DNA from: Escherichia phage kaaroe
Sequence record: MN850574.1
Direction: 5' to 3' (one strand)
Length of the DNA stretch: 64,000 bases
In this document: positions 22,503-33,201 of the stretch, in pieces
Layout: each line of letters opens with the position of its first letter
How positions within the stretch are numbered: position 1 is the stretch's first letter
Program-made: the position numbers and the translations under genes
Notes under the pieces: model-generated
What the model was told of the DNA's origin: nothing
The model's database searches: none
The model's input: only the letters and a program-made list of their open reading frames with translations

Positions 22503-23336
22503 TTAAAATTCTCTTACAATACGTGGACCCGGTGGAGTCGGTGCAACTGGTATTGGAATATCACTAGAATATGATTCTTTGATAGTTCCGTCCCATTCTT
22601 CTTGCTCAACATCACGTTTAACAACTTCATGATCCACAGATTCAAAATTACCGCTAGGATTTAATTCACGAGAATTAGCATGAAAATCAAGATAAATCGT
22701 TCTAATTTCCCCCTTAACGTCGGTGGCTGGAGGATAGATAAACCCGATGAACTCAAACATAATGGTCCACTCAAGACGACGACGAGAAAACTTATCTTCG
22801 CCTACCTGTTCATCTGGAGTAATAGAACTAATTGTGACCTGAATATCTCGATCAATCCATACATCATTACCGTGTAGTTCTTTAATCTTACAGTTAAAAT
22901 GAGGCTGGAAGTAAGGAAGAATCTGTTCAATTATCTGAAACATATCATCTTCGTTACGCGTATAAATCCCTAACTCGAAAGTAAACTTATATGGTACAGG
23001 ATTATATTGTGTTACGCTCCTGATTCCATCAGCCGTATATTTTGGTACTGTCTTATTTGCAATATTTGTTTTAAAGTTCTGGGCGTATGTCATATCAATC
23101 AAAGAAAGACACATACGCGGTAAAATAGTTTCTACCTTTGCTACGTCTTCCTCACTTGAGATATTGTTATATTTGTCCAGACTCATCATGAATTTTTCTT
23201 TCTTTGCGTAGGTGATAGGAACTTTAATAAAACGCTCACCGTCGCTACGCACCCTTTTAATTTGTACGCCGGAGAATAAATTACCCAGCAATACAATATA
23301 CCGTCTAATTGACGAATTATAGTGCCAACCGAACAT
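22503..23336 (-). CDS. 15: tail sheath stabilizer/terminator gp15
   Basis: start set at ATG 23336 (MFGWHYNSS..., RBS AAGGGGG); track start is an upstream TTG. Confidence 0.8.
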   Translation of the reverse strand: MFGWHYNSSIRRYIVLLGNLFSGVQIKRVRSDGERFIKVPITYAKKEKFMMSLDKYNNISSEEDVAKVETILPRMCLSLIDMTYAQNFKTNIANKTVPKYTADGIRSVTQYNPVPYKFTFELGIYTRNEDDMFQIIEQILPYFQPHFNCKIKELHGNDVWIDRDIQVTISSITPDEQVGEDKFSRRRLEWTIMFEFIGFIYPPATDVKGEIRTIYLDFHANSRELNPSGNFESVDHEVVKRDVEQEEWDGTIKESYSSDIPIPVAPTPPGPRIVREF

Positions 23337-23362
23337 TTGACCCCCTTGTTTATGAGTATTTA

Positions 23363-24103
23363 TCAAAAATCGGCGAAAGGTGAACCCTTGCCATTAATAG
23401 GATCAAATGGGTCAATAAAATCTTGTCCTTCGCTTCTGAATTGCTTATCTTCTTTGTACTGATCTAGGTTGATATCTGTTAACCCGTCCAGATTAGTGAT
23501 CGGTGCAAGATCCAGATCCGCAAACTCATCAACATTAATTCCCTCATTGCGTTGTAATTCTGGTCGCAATTCCTCACCGCTATACACGAATTTCTCTGCA
23601 ATAATTTTACGCATGGCATTTTTGCCAGCCTGAAAAAACGGCTGATATGGCTCAACGTAATTAATTTCAAATAAATCATTACTCATCGGAATATAAATTA
23701 AGTCACCTGATTTTGGCTCTTGATCATCTACTTGATGTTTGAATAGGTTGGGGTTAACCGTAAAAGTTAATTCATCATTAGCTTGATACCCGAAACTAGA
23801 GAAGAAATTACCCGCTCCTTCATACCCATCAAATGAGTTAATATACGCCGCAAATTTCCATGCTTTAGTAAATTTGCTTTGAACATCCTCACCAAAGATC
23901 ATATCTGGCTTGACAAATTCACGAGGGATGTAATATAATTCTACACCTCGCATCTGAATAGCTTCGGCGACCATAACGTCGGCTAACGTCTGAGTATTTG
24001 TATATTTGTGAAAGTTCACATAAGGATTAAGAATCTCTGTTTGTCGTGTATTCTCATAATCCTTTTGCGATTCAAGGCGAGCAAAAAGAGTGTTGTTAAA
24101 CAT
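23363..24103 (-). CDS. 14: neck protein gp14
   Basis: 246 aa, synteny 13-14-15. Confidence 0.8.
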   Translation of the reverse strand: MFNNTLFARLESQKDYENTRQTEILNPYVNFHKYTNTQTLADVMVAEAIQMRGVELYYIPREFVKPDMIFGEDVQSKFTKAWKFAAYINSFDGYEGAGNFFSSFGYQANDELTFTVNPNLFKHQVDDQEPKSGDLIYIPMSNDLFEINYVEPYQPFFQAGKNAMRKIIAEKFVYSGEELRPELQRNEGINVDEFADLDLAPITNLDGLTDINLDQYKEDKQFRSEGQDFIDPFDPINGKGSPFADF

Positions 24104-24139
24104 ATGTTACTCCAAATGGGGGAATACTCCCCCAATAAA

Positions 24140-25072
24140 TCAAATCATGAGGATGCCAAACGGAGGATCTAATAATTCTAGTTCTTGTCGCAATTTCTCA
24201 ATGTCGGCGCGTGCTTCTTCAATGATTCGGATACCATCAACAGTGACACCGCCGGGTAATTGCAGACCTTGATGTTTAGCCATGATAGACCCCCACACCT
24301 CCTTAGTGAAAGCGGTTGCCATGTCTTTAACCCAACGGTTATTATATGCGCCCTGCTTGTTCTCACTGATCGGTCCCATGCCAGCAACAATCCCGCTTAA
24401 ACCAGCAGTTGGATTATCATAAACGGCGCTAATCCCTCCAGCGGTAGAACATCCTCCAGCATGAGCATAACCAGCAACCGCGCCGATCATATCAGGAACG
24501 TCTACATAGCTTTTAACATATAATTCAACAACAATGAGATCACCTTCTCGGAAGTTTCCTGTTATCTTAAGTTGTCCGTTTGCGCTGTTATACCAATAAT
24601 CTGGCAGCGGATTGAGCATATTTTGCATAGTGGCTCGATAGCTCATAAGCTGTTCGAAATATCCTAGATCACCACCCATTGCATTTGGACCATAAAATTT
24701 ACTACAGCCAGATCCTAAACCGCCATTTACACCAGCTAAACCCAACAGAAAGTCAGTAAACCACGGATAAACGGCAGTACCATCCATCGTAGCCGCGCTA
24801 CCTACGTTTGTTCGAATTATTTTAGTTACTGCGAATACTCCAGAATCGCTTAAATCAAATACCCCGTGTTGCGCTTGCTCGGCACTAACACGAAATACTT
24901 TATATCCTTTATTCACACCATCGAAATGATATTCCCCATAGAGTTCTAATGCTCTCTGAATACAATCGTAAATCTGGTCTTCTGTTACTTCTACGTTAAT
25001 TACTGGTGCGCCTAAACGACGCAGAATAGCGTCTTTTAATTCTCTTGGGTTATTGGTTACATATCCTGACAT
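24140..25072 (-). CDS. 13: neck protein gp13
   Basis: 310 aa, synteny. Confidence 0.8.
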   Translation of the reverse strand: MSGYVTNNPRELKDAILRRLGAPVINVEVTEDQIYDCIQRALELYGEYHFDGVNKGYKVFRVSAEQAQHGVFDLSDSGVFAVTKIIRTNVGSAATMDGTAVYPWFTDFLLGLAGVNGGLGSGCSKFYGPNAMGGDLGYFEQLMSYRATMQNMLNPLPDYWYNSANGQLKITGNFREGDLIVVELYVKSYVDVPDMIGAVAGYAHAGGCSTAGGISAVYDNPTAGLSGIVAGMGPISENKQGAYNNRWVKDMATAFTKEVWGSIMAKHQGLQLPGGVTVDGIRIIEEARADIEKLRQELELLDPPFGILMI

Positions 25073-25118
25073 AATATCACCTATAAACGAAAAAGGGGCT
25101 TAATGCCCCTTTAATTTC

Positions 25119-26888
25119 TTATACCGGAGAAATCCCAAAGAGGAACTCTTTAATTTGTACTGGCTGTGCTACTGCTTCGGCAGATACACCCTTAATACGG
25201 ATGTTAATCTGATCTCCCGTTTCAATATTTAGGAAAGCACTGGTAGAATAGCTGATCAATTCGTCTGTTCCGTAATGACCATTTTTCGCTTCATGTACCA
25301 TCTGTCCATTTTTGAAAATCGCAACAATGAATGTTGCATTATGTTGAGCTTGTACATCACAACGGAATACACAACGGAATAAACCTTTGTCCTGAACGGT
25401 AACAACAGATTCACTTTTCACCATTTGACGCGCATTAACTTCTTCCGCCATGTCGTTAAGCGGAATCGGTTTATAAACATCCTGTTCGTCCAGTTCAACC
25501 GTAATATCTGCGGTATTTTTAAATGCTCCAGCAGCATATGCAACTTGCACCCATTCTCCGCGCTTACGCAGATAATGGAAGCCGTCATCAGGTACATCAT
25601 CTACTTTGTTTCCGTTAGATGTTTGTAGCTCTTTGACGATTTTAATCACGCCTTTCTGAGTAAATGGATCTTCTGAACCATCATCGCCATAGATATCACT
25701 TGATAGTTTAATAACGCCAGCGGTCAAACCTGATTCGCGATCACCTACAATCTGTTCCATGTCCTGTACGCTTGCTTCTAACCGACCCTGAGTGTTTTCT
25801 ACAACTTTAATACGTCCGGCTAGAGTATGTCGATCGCTGTCAGTGCCAATCTCATTGGAAAGTCGAACAACTTCACCGCGCAAACCGTCAGCACCGCTTA
25901 CACCAACAACCTGTTTAAGATCTAAAAATTCTCGCTCTGTGTTGGTTAATCGATAGTCAATGCTTCCAGCCGATTGAGGCGTTCCGATCTTATTCTCGAC
26001 AGCCAGAAGACGAGGACGAATACCGGAATCTACACCATTAACATCATTGTTTAGACGTTCATAATTAGTTCCCAGCGTAGTGACTTTAGTCCCGATATCA
26101 GGGATTGAATCAAACAAAATTGCTTTCTTGACTTCTAGAACTTCGTTTGATAAGTTAGCAATGTTTCTTGAGTTGGTGCGGAGACGAACATACACATTTT
26201 CTTGTGTTGCAAGAGACGTGTCGCCGATCTCACTGCGCATTTTGTTAACTTGTTTTGTTAACTCGCCTACGTCAGAATCTTGCCAGTCGTTTTCAAGCTG
26301 AATGATTCGGCGACCGTGGTCATTTAATGCTGCGGTATTCTGAATAACTCGGTATTTGATACCAGAACCGGAACTGCCAGCATCAGGGGAACCATTGATA
26401 TTAAAGTTAGGATAAGAACCCATTTCTTGTTTGATGAAAGAAATGTCATCATAGATTGTTCTTGTGCTAGGATCGGCAGCGGGGCGATCACCAATCTTGA
26501 TGTTAAGTTCTGATACAGCGTCTACCGTTGTTTGTAGAGTTCTTGCTGTTTCTCCTAAGTTATCTTCGACGGATTCAACTTTTGCGACAGTCTGGTTAAC
26601 CACATCAATGATACTTCCGTCAGAAATTACCCCTAAAGTTGTTTTAATATCGTTAACCGCCGTTACAACCTCGTTAACTTTAGCGACGGTTGATTTTGCG
26701 TTTTCGTTTACGCGTGCAACGTTTTCTTGAATTGCAACCGGGGCGCGGTTAAGCGTCCCGTCATTGCCAGTCTGTGTCGTTGCTGCGCTTAAACATTCGC
26801 CATTCTTGATCCAGTTAATACGGTGCTGTCCTTCGCTTGGTACACCGTCAACATGTGGGATCTCGTGGATGTTTAATTGTTCAATCAT
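25119..26888 (-). CDS. wac: fibritin (whisker) Wac with C-terminal extension beyond foldon-like segment
   Basis: N-terminus HVDGVPSEGQHRINWIKNGE matches T4 fibritin; foldon-like DGFHYLRKRGEWVQV followed by about 140 extra residues. Confidence 0.8.
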   Translation of the reverse strand: MIEQLNIHEIPHVDGVPSEGQHRINWIKNGECLSAATTQTGNDGTLNRAPVAIQENVARVNENAKSTVAKVNEVVTAVNDIKTTLGVISDGSIIDVVNQTVAKVESVEDNLGETARTLQTTVDAVSELNIKIGDRPAADPSTRTIYDDISFIKQEMGSYPNFNINGSPDAGSSGSGIKYRVIQNTAALNDHGRRIIQLENDWQDSDVGELTKQVNKMRSEIGDTSLATQENVYVRLRTNSRNIANLSNEVLEVKKAILFDSIPDIGTKVTTLGTNYERLNNDVNGVDSGIRPRLLAVENKIGTPQSAGSIDYRLTNTEREFLDLKQVVGVSGADGLRGEVVRLSNEIGTDSDRHTLAGRIKVVENTQGRLEASVQDMEQIVGDRESGLTAGVIKLSSDIYGDDGSEDPFTQKGVIKIVKELQTSNGNKVDDVPDDGFHYLRKRGEWVQVAYAAGAFKNTADITVELDEQDVYKPIPLNDMAEEVNARQMVKSESVVTVQDKGLFRCVFRCDVQAQHNATFIVAIFKNGQMVHEAKNGHYGTDELISYSTSAFLNIETGDQINIRIKGVSAEAVAQPVQIKEFLFGISPV

Positions 26889-28288
26889 TAGCGCACCCTT
26901 ATGATATAGTTTAATGCCAGACTCTTGACGCGAGTCTCGTTAGCCGTTCTTACGGATCTTCCTGAATCAAAGTTAACAGTAGAACCCCAATCATCACCAC
27001 CACCGTTTTTATAGTTCGTGCTCCATTGACCGCGCTGTGCAGTAAATGCGCCACCATACCAACCGCGCCAGCGGTCAGCTACAGGGAATTTACCAGTAAT
27101 TCTCTGCATTGCGTCTTCTTGATAAGAACCAAATCGACGACCTGGATCAAGGTTTCTTCCATGATCGCAACCACGAGCAACTAAACCGCGCATATCAGGA
27201 AGATTAAAATTGTCACCTGAACCACCAAAGGTATAACCAATCGCAGAAAATAATTGCGGATATTGATTTTTATTCAGTGAACGACCATTACAGATCAGAA
27301 AGTCACCTCGGTCGGCATTGAATCCAGAAAGGATAATACCACCAATTGGCATTGCGTGATTCGCTAATTCATTTTTAGTAACAAACTGGTTGCCGTCTGA
27401 GTTTGAACCTTTATAGACGTTTCCGCTTACCGTACCGCCAGTGCTAGGAAGAACCTTAGCATTTGCTGATAGTGCAGCGTTAGCCTCACTTCCTACGGTG
27501 TCTCGTAGTTTAACAATGCCGTATTGAGACGTTGTTGCCTTAGTGCTTGCAAACTTCTTAGCAGAAACAACTACAGTATCATCTGAACCAGCATTCATCT
27601 GTGACTGGCTGGCGATCTTAACAGTACCCGCCTGATTCTCATTGGCGCGAGCATTTGCAAATGCATAAGGGCTAATTGCAAAACCTTCTCGAATCTGGCC
27701 TTGTAAAACCTGCGCATTAGTTGCTAACTGAACTAAACCCTGTGCGCTTTCGGTTGCTGTGTTTTGATCTGGAATTAATCCCGGCACAATCTGTGCAATG
27801 GCAGTGTGCATCTTTTTCGGTGTTACTGCCATTGTGTCATCGCTGCCAATCTTTGCCGCCTCAAGAGAACATATCTTAATAGTCCCCTGAACGCTCTCTG
27901 ACGCCTTTTTAGTGGTGAAGTAATGGTTTAGTGTGTCTGGACCGATTGCCATGTTCTCGTTGCTCTCTTGCAGCGATTCTTCCATCGTGGCAAATCGGGT
28001 AATGCCTTTTACTTCTTTTGTAGCATCTGGACGTGACATTTTAACAGCTAGTGTTTTTGGAGTCACGATCTTATTGTCTACAGTGCCGTCGTTTACTTCT
28101 TCCTGAGTTGCGATTGCAGCGATCCCGGCTGTATCTTCCGTAGCGTCCGGTAATCCATTTACGGCAAAGCCATTAATAGCGGCTAAAGCCGCTTGTACGT
28201 TGGTAATGCTTTGAGGCCAATCATTTACAGGGTTAAACTTGACGTATTGAGCATCGTCTTTTACATGGTTAATAGTATTGTTTGCCAT
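26888..28288 (-). CDS. 12: short tail fiber gp12
   Basis: 466 aa, repeat-rich, C-terminal region with conserved Gly/His/Cys pattern; synteny wac-12-11. Confidence 0.8.
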   Translation of the reverse strand: MANNTINHVKDDAQYVKFNPVNDWPQSITNVQAALAAINGFAVNGLPDATEDTAGIAAIATQEEVNDGTVDNKIVTPKTLAVKMSRPDATKEVKGITRFATMEESLQESNENMAIGPDTLNHYFTTKKASESVQGTIKICSLEAAKIGSDDTMAVTPKKMHTAIAQIVPGLIPDQNTATESAQGLVQLATNAQVLQGQIREGFAISPYAFANARANENQAGTVKIASQSQMNAGSDDTVVVSAKKFASTKATTSQYGIVKLRDTVGSEANAALSANAKVLPSTGGTVSGNVYKGSNSDGNQFVTKNELANHAMPIGGIILSGFNADRGDFLICNGRSLNKNQYPQLFSAIGYTFGGSGDNFNLPDMRGLVARGCDHGRNLDPGRRFGSYQEDAMQRITGKFPVADRWRGWYGGAFTAQRGQWSTNYKNGGGDDWGSTVNFDSGRSVRTANETRVKSLALNYIIRVR

Positions 28289-28299
28289 TATACATCACC

Positions 28300-28944
28300 T
28301 TATGCAATACGTTTGAAATAATATAGGGTAGTTCCAAATTTCTCTTCTGTACCCATTCGAGACCATGAACCATAACCAACACGAGCAGGAGAATCAACAT
28401 TTCCTGTGATTGTAATTCCGTACTTGTTAATATCGGTTGGTGGGTGTTCAAGAGAATCGATATAATGAATTTCTAATTGGTCGTTGCTACTTCCTTTTCT
28501 TTTTACTTCTTTGAACATAATGTTTTTATTCATTAGTTCGGTAAATTTTTCCGTTACTTTCTCACATAGAGAAACGCCGGAAGACCCAACATCAACAATA
28601 AATGGATAACCCAAAACATCAATTAATACTTTGTTTGCGTCTGGATTATGCTGATTGTTAACAGAACCAGAAAATGACAGAGTTTCAATCTGTCCTGCGG
28701 CTTGTGGTGGAGTTGAGTTGGTTGTAACCAACACATCACCAATTCGGATCATTGACAATGAATAAAGGTCATCAATTGCAGATTGAACGTTGTTTACATA
28801 GGAACCTTTTCTTGATTGATCGACATTAACGCCACCAATTGGACGAGAACCACCGATAACAGGATCTTTCGATCCTGGATCGTATGAAATAAACGCCGCA
28901 TCGCTGGAAAATACACTAGCTTTTGAACGTGTTTTAGAAATCAT
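28300..28944 (-). CDS. 11: baseplate wedge / short tail fiber attachment protein gp11
   Basis: 214 aa, synteny. Confidence 0.8.
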   Translation of the reverse strand: MISKTRSKASVFSSDAAFISYDPGSKDPVIGGSRPIGGVNVDQSRKGSYVNNVQSAIDDLYSLSMIRIGDVLVTTNSTPPQAAGQIETLSFSGSVNNQHNPDANKVLIDVLGYPFIVDVGSSGVSLCEKVTEKFTELMNKNIMFKEVKRKGSSNDQLEIHYIDSLEHPPTDINKYGITITGNVDSPARVGYGSWSRMGTEEKFGTTLYYFKRIA

Positions 28945-28945
28945 A

Positions 28946-30748
28946 TTAACCTACCCTTAGCCAACGATAGACAGTTCTGTATGGAGGAAGAATACCCATC
29001 ATTGATGGATCGGTATTTCCCTGATTAACCTTAACATTATCTTCTCGATATTTGGTAAACGCTGGACCTACTGCATCAGGGTCTACCTGACAACCACCGA
29101 TAATAATATTTCCGTTATCATCTTTTACAAGAACTCGATCGTTGCTCTGTAATTCAGGAATCATATTTTTCTTGATCTGGTATGCAACATCACCACCGTT
29201 ACCACCTGCGGTGTGTGTAGGTTGACCATGTGTATCAAGATCGTTGTTGTTTAGTGCGAAGTTTTGATCGCTTGCGTCAGAAGACCAACCAGCCAGAAAT
29301 TCTCCTTCCGCATAACGTACCCATGTACCAATTCCCATATATGTCGCCGGGTTAGCTGGGTTATGCGCGTTTTCATAAATTGTGCCTATAGGATGGAAAA
29401 TATCAAAGATGGAATAGATATCCATCACACGACCTGTATAATCTTCCATTGGGCGTTTAGTTGCTTGGCTTGGATTCTGGAAATCGGTATATTCAATTCG
29501 ATTTGTCAGAGTAACTTCATCTTCGTTATTAAGATAGATTTTATCTGCTTTTTCTTTAATACCGCCTACACCGTCCCATTCCATTAATGTTCCGATATCA
29601 TTATTAAACCAGCGAATTGTGATAGTGTCTCTGTTATCTAGTGCTTTAGATAATTTAATACCAGTCACCACGCTGTTTTCGTCAAACATTAATGAATAAT
29701 CTTCACCAGATTCCACCCATTGACCGCCAGCAAGTACGCAGGTTTCTTCCGTTTCACCGTCAGCACCTTCACAAATAAAGGAAGGTAAATCCGCATCACC
29801 CGCTTTAATCATTTGTGTGCCGTTGATCAGCAATTCAAATGAATTTGGATTAATAAGATCTCGCTTACTTACGCCTAATTCAGCATTAGTAAACTCTTTC
29901 TTATTAGCAAGTTCACCGACCCAAACTTCACCTGGGATGGATTCCAAAGTGGTTATTCCTGTTTCATAAACGCGGATTGTATGAGTAATATAGCTTGACC
30001 GGAAGGATGCGATACCGTCCATATAAGTGATGATTTGAATGGTATCACCCGCCGAACAAGGGAAGCGTAATTTAATGCTTTTACCGTCCAGAGGAACAAT
30101 ATCACCGTTTTCACCGATTGAACCATAGTTAGAATCATCGGTTAAATCCTTGCCATAATAAAGCAAGTTACCGCGATAATACACTTCAACATTTCGAATA
30201 TTGTAAGTATTGGAACCAAACACATTAGGGAAGTCTGTTTGTCCTTCGGTTGCAATATAAACTTCCTTAGCGACTGTGCTTAAATCGGAAGTGGTGATAG
30301 TATCTACTCGTTTATTTTCGACATATTCCCAACGTCCGGGCGCACAATAAACCAATTCAACATCCATGAAATCTTTATACAACTCACGGTCGATTGGAGA
30401 TCCCTTAATGGTATCACCTTGTGCTGGCTTCAACGTTACGTTATGTGCAGCCCATGAGCGCCAAACATCACGAAGTTTAATTGTTTTATTATAATCACTC
30501 GCGCTTCCTTTAGGCAATTCAACAGAAACAGCGTTGTTCGTTGTATTAATCGCCCATGCATCACCAAAATTTGGTTTTAATACTGGTTGTGTGTGAGTTT
30601 TCCACGCGCCGGATGCATGAGGGATATCACCATCCCCCAGCTTAGTATAAAGTTCAGAAAAGTTGTCATTAATCTTTTGACCGCCTTTTCTTAGATAATC
30701 ACCTGTACCGTCATCAACAACGTTACCGATATTAATTAATTGTTTCAT
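28946..30748 (-). CDS. 10: baseplate wedge protein gp10
   Basis: 600 aa, synteny and size. Confidence 0.85.
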   Translation of the reverse strand: MKQLINIGNVVDDGTGDYLRKGGQKINDNFSELYTKLGDGDIPHASGAWKTHTQPVLKPNFGDAWAINTTNNAVSVELPKGSASDYNKTIKLRDVWRSWAAHNVTLKPAQGDTIKGSPIDRELYKDFMDVELVYCAPGRWEYVENKRVDTITTSDLSTVAKEVYIATEGQTDFPNVFGSNTYNIRNVEVYYRGNLLYYGKDLTDDSNYGSIGENGDIVPLDGKSIKLRFPCSAGDTIQIITYMDGIASFRSSYITHTIRVYETGITTLESIPGEVWVGELANKKEFTNAELGVSKRDLINPNSFELLINGTQMIKAGDADLPSFICEGADGETEETCVLAGGQWVESGEDYSLMFDENSVVTGIKLSKALDNRDTITIRWFNNDIGTLMEWDGVGGIKEKADKIYLNNEDEVTLTNRIEYTDFQNPSQATKRPMEDYTGRVMDIYSIFDIFHPIGTIYENAHNPANPATYMGIGTWVRYAEGEFLAGWSSDASDQNFALNNNDLDTHGQPTHTAGGNGGDVAYQIKKNMIPELQSNDRVLVKDDNGNIIIGGCQVDPDAVGPAFTKYREDNVKVNQGNTDPSMMGILPPYRTVYRWLRVG

Positions 30749-31599
30749 GTAGCAACCCCGATTTTAATAGTGTCTACGGCTTTAACTGCTAAACGAATAT
30801 TTTCGCCAGTAGCCTTATACTCTGCATATACTTTATCGCCGGAACCGATGAAATAACGAACCGTGTATAGTTCATCTTCTGTCTTCTGCAAAACTGCATA
30901 TTCCGTCGCATAAACTTTTCCGGCTTTAGAATCAATCATCAGTAGCGTTTCACTTGAACGCATTTTTGAACCGGATGTATTGCTAGCGGTAGTTAATAAT
31001 TTGATGGAAACGTATTCTGTTTTTGCGGCAATAGCAACGTTTGTTGCTACTCCAGTTACGTTAACTGTTTTATCTAATGGCGTTGTTGTATCGGTAAACA
31101 TACTTTCGATACCCAATCGCCATGTTACGCGACTACCTTCAACGGCAGTACACCAAACAGTGACTTTTGAAAATGGTTGTGTTATTGTAGCATCACCGGA
31201 ATAACCGCTAATAGAATCACCTGCTTGAGTTCGAATATTGAGCGGTGTCGTCGTTGAAAGGCTACCGTTACTATTTATGAATACAACACCCTCGCCGACC
31301 TTTGCTTTAGGTAGAATAGCAATAAGTGCGCCTTGAGTTGTATCGATATCGTGTAGACTCCCAATCTCAACAGCGGAACCAGCGTAGCTTTGACGTGGAT
31401 GCTTCTGATAGTATCCGGTTGCATGAATAACCATTCTTCCCACGCCGTGGTCTACGTCTTTAAACCTCTGATCAGCAAATGCGTCATATATTGAATCAAA
31501 GTTATCGTTAATTTTATTACCGCCATCATATAAGATATCGCCAGTCGATGGATTGCCGACAGTACCTGTGTCTATTCTTTTCTTTGGAACTTGTGCCAT
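30745..31599 (-). CDS. 9: baseplate wedge / long tail fiber socket protein gp9
   Basis: 284 aa, synteny and size. Confidence 0.85.
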   Translation of the reverse strand: MAQVPKKRIDTGTVGNPSTGDILYDGGNKINDNFDSIYDAFADQRFKDVDHGVGRMVIHATGYYQKHPRQSYAGSAVEIGSLHDIDTTQGALIAILPKAKVGEGVVFINSNGSLSTTTPLNIRTQAGDSISGYSGDATITQPFSKVTVWCTAVEGSRVTWRLGIESMFTDTTTPLDKTVNVTGVATNVAIAAKTEYVSIKLLTTASNTSGSKMRSSETLLMIDSKAGKVYATEYAVLQKTEDELYTVRYFIGSGDKVYAEYKATGENIRLAVKAVDTIKIGVAT

Positions 31600-31626
31600 T
31601 GTTTAATTCCTCATGTTATGATGTAT

Positions 31627-31634
31627 TATTTATA
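31627..31634 (-). promoter_or_regulatory. T4-type late promoter motif TATAAATA (for gp9)
   Basis: exact motif on minus strand about 28 nt upstream of gp9 ATG. Confidence 0.5.
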
Positions 31635-31643
31635 AAATACATA

Positions 31644-31669
31644 CAAAAAAGCCGCCCACAAGGACGGCT
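31644..31669 (-). terminator. rho-independent terminator ending the methyltransferase cassette
   Basis: hairpin AGCCGTCC-TTGT-GGGCGGCT with T-run on minus strand. Confidence 0.65.
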
Positions 31670-31674
31670 TATAA

Positions 31675-32514
31675 TTAAATGTCAAACAAATCTGAGAGCG
31701 TCCCAGACTCGCTTTCCTGTTTCGGTAAGGTAATCTCCTTACTTTCTTCTATTTGTTCGTTAGGACGTGATTTAGGCGCTTCTACGGCTTCTTTCTCGTA
31801 ATACCGAACCTCAACCACTTCTGTTAAAACGTTTGTACTATGCCATTCATCGCGATAGATTGATGTATCGATCCCACATCCGGCATAAGTCACCAAACCA
31901 GTTTGTTTGCTCCATTTTAGATATTTATTAGACTTCATGGTCCCGTCATAATAAGGTCTGCCGGAATAAGCAAAACCAGCGGAACCAGAAGGAACAATAA
32001 AATAACCTACATCGGCAAACTTCTGGCCTAATGTCATAACCTTAAATTCAAACTCACCGCCAGTGTACTCAAATACATCCTTTGTGTCGGTTGTATTGAT
32101 TTTCCCGAAGGGTGGATTGCTGATCACCACATCGAATTTTTCGTTTGACTCAAATTCGAATACATCGCTGGTGATCCATTCTGCCTCCGGTAATAGTCTC
32201 TTGCCAATACGCGCAAATTCTGGATTGAGTTCGACGCATACGATCTTTTCTGGCTTACAACGATGTAACATACAAAAAGATAAGCGACCGATCCCAGCAC
32301 AAAGATCTAATACTTTTCCTGTGCAATGTGCATCGATGGTAAAATCCCATGCAAGCCCTTCTGGGGTAAAGAATGCACCTGAACCGCCTAGACCATCGCC
32401 ATGATAGTTATTATAGCAAAATTCTTTTTCTTCATATGTCAATGGGCGATCTGAATTAATCAACTCCATCACCCGATCGTGTAATTTTTGTTCTTGTTTA
32501 GAAAGTCGTGCCAT
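31675..32514 (-). CDS. N6-adenine DNA methyltransferase, gamma-class (motif X FFTPEGL, motif I LDLCAGIGRL, motif IV NPPFG)
   Basis: motif order X-I-IV read directly from translation; inserted between gp9 and gp8. Confidence 0.75.
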   Translation of the reverse strand: MARLSKQEQKLHDRVMELINSDRPLTYEEKEFCYNNYHGDGLGGSGAFFTPEGLAWDFTIDAHCTGKVLDLCAGIGRLSFCMLHRCKPEKIVCVELNPEFARIGKRLLPEAEWITSDVFEFESNEKFDVVISNPPFGKINTTDTKDVFEYTGGEFEFKVMTLGQKFADVGYFIVPSGSAGFAYSGRPYYDGTMKSNKYLKWSKQTGLVTYAGCGIDTSIYRDEWHSTNVLTEVVEVRYYEKEAVEAPKSRPNEQIEESKEITLPKQESESGTLSDLFDI

Positions 32515-32846
32515 TATTTAACCTTTGCTGTGACGGTAACGCTATGTCCCAAATAAACATGAGACATAAAGAACACAAAGTTTTTAAATTGCGGATTCTT
32601 ACGAATCCATCGTTTCAATTTTCGAATGCAAGTTATACGATGGTCATAATTAGAATAACTAAATTCAATACCCTGTTTCATCATCTCGTGCATTTCTTCG
32701 TATGTGTGCCATTGGTTATCATGTTTACAAAACCAATGAGTACCATAGAGTTTAGGATCTTGTGCACGTAGACCATAGTAATGCTTTTGCATTGGGAACT
32801 TAGCTTTATTCATTGTGTAATGCAATTTAATATTTACGCGTGCCAT
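32514..32846 (-). CDS. hypothetical protein (110 aa), cassette gene 2
   Basis: stop overlaps methyltransferase ATG (TAATG), translational coupling. Confidence 0.5.
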   Translation of the reverse strand: MARVNIKLHYTMNKAKFPMQKHYYGLRAQDPKLYGTHWFCKHDNQWHTYEEMHEMMKQGIEFSYSNYDHRITCIRKLKRWIRKNPQFKNFVFFMSHVYLGHSVTVTAKVK

Positions 32847-33091
32847 TTTCTAGTTCCCCACATACCGAAAGTTGGATTATACACAAAATAGATAGCTTCG
32901 TCGATAGTCTTGAATCGTTTAGTGTCATTCATGAAGTTGATACCCTCCCATAGTTCATCGGTGTAATCGGCTAGTGATGAATGAGTATGATCGATGATCT
33001 CTCCAATCTTTTCACCGTTCGCGATCACATCCCAACCGCAAGGGGATACCTGAATTGCTTCACAATTATCTGTAAATTTACGACGTGCCAT
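32834..33091 (-). CDS. hypothetical protein (85 aa), cassette gene 1
   Basis: GGAGGAT RBS; downstream of consensus sigma70 promoter. Confidence 0.5.
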   Translation of the reverse strand: MARRKFTDNCEAIQVSPCGWDVIANGEKIGEIIDHTHSSLADYTDELWEGINFMNDTKRFKTIDEAIYFVYNPTFGMWGTRKWHA

Positions 33092-33120
33092 AATTTATCC
33101 TCCGTTGTTTAGATGTGAGC

Positions 33121-33149
33121 ATTATACCTTTACCAGATAAGACTGTCAA
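33121..33149 (-). promoter_or_regulatory. consensus sigma70 promoter TTGACA-17-TATAAT (minus strand)
   Basis: perfect -35 and -10 hexamers with 17-nt spacer upstream of cassette gene 1. Confidence 0.75.
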
Positions 33150-33160
33150 TACCCAAAATA

Positions 33161-33188
33161 GAAAAAGCCAACTCTCTCGAATTGGCTT
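33161..33188 (-). terminator. rho-independent terminator after gp8
   Basis: hairpin AGCCAA-N10-TTGGCT flanked by A/T runs. Confidence 0.55.
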
Positions 33189-33201
33189 TTAAATCATACA
33201 C

